From contig JAYTHY010000041.1 in the NCBI GenBank assembly GCA_043732185.1, positions 1 to 14,092 on the forward strand: a stretch of DNA of 14,092 nt, given 5' to 3'. Source of the DNA: Fibrobacteria bacterium (GTDB lineage Bacteria; Fibrobacterota; Fibrobacteria; UBA11236). Positions 8,377-14,092 of the stretch are shown here, in pieces (the first letter of the stretch is position 1; each line of letters begins with the position of its first letter). A program made the position numbers and the translations under genes. The notes beneath the pieces are model-generated. The model was not told where the DNA came from. It ran no database searches and worked only from the letters and a program-made list of their open reading frames with translations.

Positions 8377-9000
8377 GGAATGGATCGATGTTATAGCAAG
8401 CAGCCCCAGACCCAAAAGCAACAGGCTGCCGGGCTCCGGAATGGTGGGCGGTGGAGGCAAACCGGTGGTAATCGTCAACTTGATGCCGTCATTGAAATAA
8501 TGGCAGTCCGGATCAAAAGCCATCGCAAATCGGCCATCGCCGGAATACGTCATGAGGGTGGCGATTTGGCTGGCAGTGAAATTGTAAGTCAAGTCCACGG
8601 TGGCATGGCTCGCCAATTGCGCGGCAGTATAGGGAAGCAAATCGTTATAGGTAACCAGGCTGATACCCCCGAACTTGGCGTTGTAGTCGCCGGAGGCTTC
8701 ATTGTCCGTATACGTATGGATTCCCGAATATTTCGCATCATTCAGCAGGCGGATATACAAGACGTCATTGCTTTCAATGGTCCAGTCGCGGATATTGTCG
8801 ATAAAGAGTTGTGCGGACAGGATGGTTTTGCCCACTAATGAAGGGGAATTGATTCTCCACGTATAGGCGCTGTTGTGATCCAGATCGTACATATCGGCAA
8901 CAGGCGGAATAAATGTAATGACCTCGGCACATAGCTTGGCCGAGCCAAAGCTAAGCAAGGTCAGGGCTAAAAACCCTAGGCGTTTCGTTCTCTGATTCAT
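8350..9000 (-). CDS. PEP-CTERM (exosortase-sorted) surface protein with an uncharacterised N-terminal domain
   Basis: Sec-type signal peptide (MNQRTKRLGFLALTLLSFGSAKLCA), Pro-rich linker (GLPPPPT), C-terminal IPEPGSLLLLGLGLLA and a basic tail (ARFTGRRA). The start is ATG 9000 or TTG 9006. Confidence 0.92.
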   Translation of the reverse strand: MNQRTKRLGFLALTLLSFGSAKLCAEVITFIPPVADMYDLDHNSAYTWRINSPSLVGKTILSAQLFIDNIRDWTIESNDVLYIRLLNDAKYSGIHTYTDNEASGDYNAKFGGISLVTYNDLLPYTAAQLASHATVDLTYNFTASQIATLMTYSGDGRFAMAFDPDCHYFNDGIKLTITTGLPPPPTIPEPGSLLLLGLGLLAITSIHSARFTGRRA

Positions 9001-9064
9001 TCTCAATTACCCAAACTTTTCTTGGCCACCATAGATCATGCGCTATGGGGTATGAGAATACAAC

Positions 9065-9080
9065 TGCAATCACCATGCCA
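9065..9080 (-). promoter_or_regulatory. Sigma-54 (RpoN) -24/-12 promoter for the PEP-CTERM gene
   Basis: The minus strand reads TGGCATGGTGATTGCA, against consensus TGGCAC-N5-TTGCW with exact GG-N10-GC spacing. It is intergenic, correctly oriented and about 65 bp upstream of the start codon. Predicted TSS is near 9054. Confidence 0.88.
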
Positions 9081-9147
9081 TGTAAAAACTGTAAATTCGC
9101 ACCTTTCACCGAACAATTTGTGAACAAACGTAGGATATCTCGAAACC

Positions 9148-9164
9148 TGTCGGATTTCTTTACA
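9148..9164. promoter_or_regulatory. Candidate enhancer-binding-protein site (TGT-N11-ACA), possibly for a PrsR-type activator
   Basis: The plus strand reads TGTCGGATTTCTTTACA (minus strand TGTAAAGAAATCCGACA). It is centred about 100 bp upstream of the predicted sigma-54 TSS, a typical bEBP distance. Confidence 0.65.
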
Positions 9165-9183
9165 TTTTTTAGGGGGTTAGGCC

Positions 9184-10383
9184 CTATCCATAAGCATTTG
9201 CGTACTTGGACACGATTTCCTCGCCAATGGCCAAGGAGGCTGTGGCTGCGGGAGAAGGGGCATTGAGTACATGCAAGCTGCGTGCTCCTGTTGCAAAGAA
9301 GAAATCATCGACCAGGGATCCATCTGGTCGCAAGGCCTGTGCCCGCACACCTGATCCTGCCGGCAGCAGTCCTTCAGCAGTAATCGCGGGAACCAGGCGT
9401 TGTAGTGCTTTTACAAACGCGGATTTGAAAAAGGAACGATGAAATTCCCCGAGTCCCATGCGCCAATGCTTTCCGGCCAATTTACGGAAACCGGGATTAG
9501 CAAAAACTTCCACCAAATCCTTTATATTGAAATCCGATTTCTGATACCCCTCGCGCTTAAATGCCAACACGGCATTGGGGCCGCATTCGATTCCGCCGCC
9601 AATCATGCGCGTAAAATGCACACCTAAAAAGGGAAAGGCCGGATCTGGCACCGGATAAATAAGGTTTTTGACCAACCCTTGTGCCGCCGGCACCAAATCA
9701 AAATATTCCCCACGGAAAGGAACAATGCTGATGCCCGGCTCAACACCATCGAGCCTGGCGACGCGGTCGCTCATCAAGCCGCCGCAATTGATGAAAAATT
9801 CCGTTTCGAATTCAGTTTCTCCGGCGCGCACCACTTTTCCTTGTGGCATAGTGCGAATGGCTTCCACACGGGCGCTTAGGCGTATCTCACCACCCGCGGC
9901 GCGAATCTTTTCCGCCAGCTTTTCGGATACTTGCACATAATCGACAATGCCGGTTTCAGGAACGCGCAGCGCGCGAAGTCCGGCTACATGGGGCTCAACT
10001 TCGGCCATGGCTTCGGCGACCATTTCCGTAACGCCTACGAGCCCATTGGCCTCCGCTTTTTGTCGCAGCGCGTCAAGCATAGGCAATTCCGCCGAAGTGG
10101 TAGCCACCACCAACTTGCCGCATAAATCAAACGGCAACTGGTTTTCTTTGCAGAATGCTACCAAGTCCGCATACCCCTTGCGACACAGCTTGGCCTTGGC
10201 ACTGCCGGGCTTGTAATAAATACCGGAATGGATGACGCCGCTATTGTGCCCGGTTTGATGGCGCGCGACCCCGCCTTCTTTTTCCAACACTAGCACTTTG
10301 CGATCTGGAAAACGCTGTAAGAGCCGCCAAGCCGTGGCCAGCCCGACAATGCCTCCACCGGTAATCAGTATATCCGATTTCAT
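9184..10383 (-). CDS. lhgO: L-2-hydroxyglutarate oxidase/dehydrogenase (FAD-dependent)
   Basis: Motifs GGGIVGLATA (FAD binding), HQTGHNSGVIHSGIYYKPGS, GKLVVAT, PFRGEY, LIYPVPDPAFPFLGVHFT, GPNAV, GVRAQA, HVLNAPSPAATASL. Confidence 0.93.
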   Translation of the reverse strand: MKSDILITGGGIVGLATAWRLLQRFPDRKVLVLEKEGGVARHQTGHNSGVIHSGIYYKPGSAKAKLCRKGYADLVAFCKENQLPFDLCGKLVVATTSAELPMLDALRQKAEANGLVGVTEMVAEAMAEVEPHVAGLRALRVPETGIVDYVQVSEKLAEKIRAAGGEIRLSARVEAIRTMPQGKVVRAGETEFETEFFINCGGLMSDRVARLDGVEPGISIVPFRGEYFDLVPAAQGLVKNLIYPVPDPAFPFLGVHFTRMIGGGIECGPNAVLAFKREGYQKSDFNIKDLVEVFANPGFRKLAGKHWRMGLGEFHRSFFKSAFVKALQRLVPAITAEGLLPAGSGVRAQALRPDGSLVDDFFFATGARSLHVLNAPSPAATASLAIGEEIVSKYANAYG

Positions 10384-10384
10384 T

Positions 10385-11665
10385 TCAAACCTGCCTGTCC
10401 CTGTCTTCGCGCATATACTCGGTAAATGCGGGCCAGCCCCGAATTAAGACTAGACTGCCTATCAGACTGCCGAGCATGGCACCCAAAACCCCTGTGACAT
10501 CCGAGTATCCGCCACTCACATATCCACCGGCCACCTCCAACACCATGGCCATGCAACCGGCCAAAAAAAGTGCCGACCAAGGAGCCAAGCGGGAACGTGG
10601 GAAAAAATATCTCATCAAAAAACCTAAGGGGAAATAGACCATCGCGTTCGCCAAAAATTCGCCCGCAGTGGCGGCCGTAGACATGGACGCGTGGGGTAAA
10701 AAAGGAATCCAATTGAATCCGGTATGGGAAGACTGAAAATGTAAGGGGTGTAATTTTTTTACGGTTGCCGCCAGGAAAATTCCTACCACACTAGCCAGAC
10801 TCCACATCCAGGGGCGTTCACGAAAACCGGGGAAGTGAAAAACAATTCCACCCAGTACTGCGCCCAAAATTCCCACGAGTGCATCCTGAATTTCCGGGTA
10901 TCTAGAGGCGATTATAAGCTGTGTCCCCTCCAATGCGATTCCTGCAATGATCATGAATAGAACACCAGTGTAGGCGGGTCGCGGCCATTTTACCTCTTTG
11001 AGTACGCGGCATAAAAAAAGTGTGGCTAGGAGGAAATGAATGCCGGCAACAAGATCATCATCGGGCATGGAAAAATGCCACGAGTAATGGAAAAGGGGTT
11101 GGAAGCGACGCCACATGCTGCCCACCTCCAACGAAAAATCAAAAGGGGCCCAGGTTCCGCCCACCACCAGAATCAAAAACACTACAGCTGGAAAGGCCGC
11201 CGGAGCGTCTAAAAACCCTCTGAAGGTGGGATGGGACTTGATGCCCAGCACCGATTTCTTGAGTTGTACGCCGAACAAAAGCCCCACGCCTGTTCCGAGT
11301 GTATTGAAAATCACATCTGCCAAAGCCGGGAAACGACTCCACGAAAAGATTTGTAAAAACTCCACGAACGTGCTGAGCGAGCAGCCCATAAGTACTATGA
11401 CCCATTTTCGCTTTGGGGAGCTTTTACGAATGAGCGAAAAATAGCCTAGGAAACCAAATGGAATGAACAACAGTACATTCTGGATCATGTCCGGTATAGA
11501 GCTCAAGAGATGCCAGTTCACGCGGTGCAACAATTTGTAGATGGGATAACGCCCCGGCTTAAAGGCAAAAGGGAAGCTGGTTCCATATACGACAAAAAGT
11601 GAAAAAATCATCCAAAGGAAACGCGCGGTACTTTTACGCGGATAGGCGTTGGTTCCCGGATTCAT
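10385..11665 (-). CDS. VanZ-family polytopic membrane protein with three tandem VanZ-like repeats
   Basis: Repeat 1: YGTSFPF...DMIQNVLLFIPFGFL...VEFLQIFSWSRFPALADVIFNTLG. Repeat 2: GGTWAPFDF...LEGTQLIIASRYPEIQDALVGILG. Repeat 3: LHPLHF...FNWIPF...EFLANAMVYFPLGFL...LEVAGGYVSGGYSDVTGVLGAMLG. Confidence 0.85.
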   Translation of the reverse strand: MNPGTNAYPRKSTARFLWMIFSLFVVYGTSFPFAFKPGRYPIYKLLHRVNWHLLSSIPDMIQNVLLFIPFGFLGYFSLIRKSSPKRKWVIVLMGCSLSTFVEFLQIFSWSRFPALADVIFNTLGTGVGLLFGVQLKKSVLGIKSHPTFRGFLDAPAAFPAVVFLILVVGGTWAPFDFSLEVGSMWRRFQPLFHYSWHFSMPDDDLVAGIHFLLATLFLCRVLKEVKWPRPAYTGVLFMIIAGIALEGTQLIIASRYPEIQDALVGILGAVLGGIVFHFPGFRERPWMWSLASVVGIFLAATVKKLHPLHFQSSHTGFNWIPFLPHASMSTAATAGEFLANAMVYFPLGFLMRYFFPRSRLAPWSALFLAGCMAMVLEVAGGYVSGGYSDVTGVLGAMLGSLIGSLVLIRGWPAFTEYMREDRDRQV

Positions 11666-11674
11666 ATCGAGCTT

Positions 11675-12541
11675 TCAATAAACCAGTAGCAAGGCCACGA
11701 CAGCCACATAAATACCGCAGATGCTCAGCATGGCGCCATCTTTGAGAATATCCGCCACCGTATTTTCACCAAAACCTTTTTCCATCACCAAATAAAGGTA
11801 TCGGAATAAACCAAACATGGCAATGGGCAAGGAGTAGATGAGATTTCCAGTACGATGAATTTCCACCGTCTGGATGTTGGTGGTATACAGTCCGTAGGTA
11901 ATCAGTGTCGCCGATAAAGTGACGGCCAAAAGGACGCGCAGAAATTCGGGAGAATAACTTTGCAGGACGGGACGCTTTTCCGCCAAGCTACGATGCGTGT
12001 CCATGCGTTCTGCATACCGTTTCGAGAAACCCAGGAACAGACTCAAGGCCATGGTGCAAAGCAAAAACCATTGCGAGGGCGGTATCCCAATTCCCCAGGT
12101 GCCGGCCAAGAGCCGGATGATGAATCCAAAAGCAATGCAAAACACATCCACTAGCACAATATGCTTGAGCACCCGAGAATAGAATAAGTTGACCAACATA
12201 TACGCCACTAAAACAGCGGAAAGCTTGGGTCCCGTCCATAAACTGATGCCAAGCGCCGCCGCCGCAAGTCCAGCAGCAAAAGCTAATGCAGAGGGAGCAG
12301 ACACTTCCCCAGAGGCCACCGGACGCAGCCGTTTAAGCGGATGATGGCGATCCTCTTCTAAATCGAACACATCATTACAAGCATAAACGGCGCTGGCTGC
12401 TAAGCAAAACGCGACGAAGGCGGAAAGAGCCAGAAGTAAAATTTCCGGGTTCCGCCAATCTTGGGCGAAAAAAATTCCAGCCAATACAAAGACATTCTTG
12501 ACCCAATGTGACGGACGCGCCAATCGCCACAGGCTTTTCAC
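11675..12541 (-). CDS. UbiA-family decaprenyl/undecaprenyl-phosphate phosphoribosyltransferase (Rv3806c/NoeC-like)
   Basis: Motifs RPSHWVKNVFV, ASAVYACNDVFDLEEDRHHPLKRLRPVASG, YSRVLKHIVLVDVFCIAFGFIIRLLAG, LFLGFSKRYAE, RPVLQSYS, FGLFRYLYL. The GTG start overlaps the SDR stop (GTGA). Confidence 0.9.
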   Translation of the reverse strand: MKSLWRLARPSHWVKNVFVLAGIFFAQDWRNPEILLLALSAFVAFCLAASAVYACNDVFDLEEDRHHPLKRLRPVASGEVSAPSALAFAAGLAAAALGISLWTGPKLSAVLVAYMLVNLFYSRVLKHIVLVDVFCIAFGFIIRLLAGTWGIGIPPSQWFLLCTMALSLFLGFSKRYAERMDTHRSLAEKRPVLQSYSPEFLRVLLAVTLSATLITYGLYTTNIQTVEIHRTGNLIYSLPIAMFGLFRYLYLVMEKGFGENTVADILKDGAMLSICGIYVAVVALLLVY

Positions 12542-13296
12542 AGCTTAAGCCTTTTGAAAATGGGTTCTGGAATGGATTTTATGATTGCCATAATGTACCG
12601 CCAGTAAAATGGGGTGTACACGACTTCGCGCTGCTGTCGAAGTGATCGGACGATTTCCATCGCCACTTTTTCCGGTTTGGCCATGAGCGGGCTTTTCAGG
12701 GTTCCCACCATCCGCGTTTGGACAAAACCAGGTTTAATGGTTTGCACCAAAATACCACTGCCAGCAAGTCGATGCCGAAGACCGGCCAAGTAGGCGGACA
12801 ATCCGGCCTTGGAAGCCGCGTATGCAAGCACTTTACCTCGGCCTCTATCTCCGGCTACAGAAGAGATGCAGCTGATGAAAGGTTTCGTTTTCCTTGAACC
12901 GTGTTCTGCCATTTTTTGCGCCAAAAAATACTCGGCAAACAATCCCATAATCATAGCCGGTCCGGTTAGATTGGAATCCATCGTGAGGCGAGTTTTAGCC
13001 GGTTCCCGATCGCATTCTTCCTGAGGGATCAAAACACCCGCAGCAAAAAATAAGCCCTTCACCGCATGCGCCGCGATCAGCTCCCGAAACTTTGCATCAT
13101 GCTCCGCAAAATCGAGCACATCCCAAACCACATAAGGCACAGACCGCCCCGACGCCTTTTCCAAAGCAAGCGACAAAGCGATCAACGCTTCTCGCGATCG
13201 GCCAATCAATACAAGGTCCTGACCCTCGGCCATTAAAACCCGAGATACAGCCGAGGCGATACCGGAAGTTGCTCCGAAAACGACTATCCTTTCCAT
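12538..13296 (-). CDS. Short-chain dehydrogenase/reductase, DprE2-like (polyprenylphosphoryl-2-keto-pentose reductase)
   Basis: VFGATSGIA dinucleotide-binding motif, ISSVAGDRGR, catalytic YAASK, GLRHRL, TIKPGFVQTRM, VVYTPFYWRYIM. It lies between the DprE1-like and UbiA-like genes. Confidence 0.87.
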   Translation of the reverse strand: MERIVVFGATSGIASAVSRVLMAEGQDLVLIGRSREALIALSLALEKASGRSVPYVVWDVLDFAEHDAKFRELIAAHAVKGLFFAAGVLIPQEECDREPAKTRLTMDSNLTGPAMIMGLFAEYFLAQKMAEHGSRKTKPFISCISSVAGDRGRGKVLAYAASKAGLSAYLAGLRHRLAGSGILVQTIKPGFVQTRMVGTLKSPLMAKPEKVAMEIVRSLRQQREVVYTPFYWRYIMAIIKSIPEPIFKRLKL

Positions 13297-14092
13297 AATT
13301 CAAGCCTCTCCGCCATTCGTGAATTGCACTTGGCTTCGGGATTATAACGCCTGACCGTCGCCATCCAGGCCGCACTTTCCGGATACATGGCGCGAAACGT
13401 ATCCGGTGACAACCGAGCGTCCTTGGTCAGATAAACACGTCCTTTAAAATCAAGGACTACGGCATCGAGTAGGTGCAGTAACCGCAAAGTTTCCTTCCCG
13501 CGATAGGGAATGTCCAGAGCCAAAGTGTAGCCTCGTCGACAAAAAGGTAACATCACCTCATCGTCGCCACAGCGCTTGAGCACAGAAAGAAAAGCTCCGA
13601 GCCGGTTGTCACTCAAAAAGCGGAGACAGGCCCGGATGCCCTCCTCGCCCTTTGGGTCGGGGATAACGCATTGGTATTGGAAGAATCCGGATTTGCCATA
13701 CAGGAGATTCCAATTCTCGATGCGATCCAATGGATAAAAGAATCCTCGATATCCTTCGCGCTTCACCTGGGCCTGTTTGGGCGCGAGCTTAAAGAACAAG
13801 CTATTGAAAGCAACTAGGCCGGGACGATTGAGTAGAAAACGCGGCATGGGATACGGAACATTCAGCTTCAACTGATCCATAGTCCATTTGAATCGCGAAC
13901 TCTGTTTGGACCCAGCACTGCCGATAGACTCGGTATTCCCAGTGAACCCGGCATTCCCATTCGCATGATTGCCTAACATGAGCACACCCCTACCCAATGA
14001 AGGTCCGCGAGACAAACAATCGAGCCAGGCTACGGAATATTCAAAGGTGCTGTCATGCTGGGTGAAAAGCGCAAAGAGAGCATCCAAATTAT
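13284..14092 (-). CDS. FAD-binding oxidoreductase, DprE1-like (polyprenylphosphoryl-ribose 2'-oxidase), 5'-truncated
   Basis: The frame is open to the window edge. Motifs YSVAWLDCL, GRGVLMLGNHA, FFYPLDRIENWNLLYGKSGFFQYQCVIP, FLSVLKRCG, GYTLALDIP, GRVYLTKDARL, FRAMYP, SRMAERL match the DprE1 C-terminal domain. It overlaps the SDR start by 13 nt. Confidence 0.9.
   Translation of the reverse strand, partial: NLDALFALFTQHDSTFEYSVAWLDCLSRGPSLGRGVLMLGNHANGNAGFTGNTESIGSAGSKQSSRFKWTMDQLKLNVPYPMPRFLLNRPGLVAFNSLFFKLAPKQAQVKREGYRGFFYPLDRIENWNLLYGKSGFFQYQCVIPDPKGEEGIRACLRFLSDNRLGAFLSVLKRCGDDEVMLPFCRRGYTLALDIPYRGKETLRLLHLLDAVVLDFKGRVYLTKDARLSPDTFRAMYPESAAWMATVRRYNPEAKCNSRMAERLELWKG

Noticed and set aside
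9029..9048. CCATAG-N8-CTATGG hairpin in the predicted 5' UTR as a riboswitch or ncRNA
   Set aside because: It is a single 6-bp stem in a ~50-nt leader, too small to support an RNA element call, although it could stabilise the 5' end.
9165..9186. TAGGG...CCCTA stem at the lhgO stop as a terminator
   Set aside because: The stem is only about 5 bp and is followed by an A-run rather than a U-run on the coding (minus) strand.
10385..11665. Glycopeptide-resistance (van cluster) interpretation of the VanZ gene
   Set aside because: No vanHAX/RS genes are present, and VanZ-like domains are widespread in glycan loci.
1..14092. Mobile elements, CRISPR arrays, tRNA or rRNA genes
   Set aside because: The window is almost fully coding. 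I saw no transposase/integrase motifs, spaced repeats or structured RNA signatures.

Overview
This window is part of a bacterial surface-glycan (EPS) locus of the PEP-CTERM/exosortase type. A 5'-truncated asnB-family amidotransferase on the + strand meets, tail to tail, a tightly packed run of 12 minus-strand genes. In transcription order these are: a DprE1-like FAD oxidase (5'-truncated), a DprE2-like SDR, a UbiA-family polyprenyl-phosphate phosphoribosyltransferase, a membrane protein with three VanZ-like repeats, and L-2-hydroxyglutarate oxidase (lhgO). Next comes an intergenic region with a near-consensus sigma-54 promoter and a TGT-N11-ACA enhancer-like site. It is followed by a PEP-CTERM surface protein, a FemAB-like GNAT, an OPX/Wza-like export protein, a non-hydrolysing UDP-HexNAc 2-epimerase, a zinc-ribbon/SAM methyltransferase-like protein, a Wzx-like flippase and a polysaccharide deacetylase. 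The most notable feature is a mycobacterial-type polyprenyl-phospho-arabinose donor pathway, coupled to a triple-VanZ protein and lhgO, directly upstream of a sigma-54-driven PEP-CTERM/EPS block. No RNA genes, mobile elements or CRISPR arrays were seen. All family calls rest on motif recognition by eye; no database searches were run.
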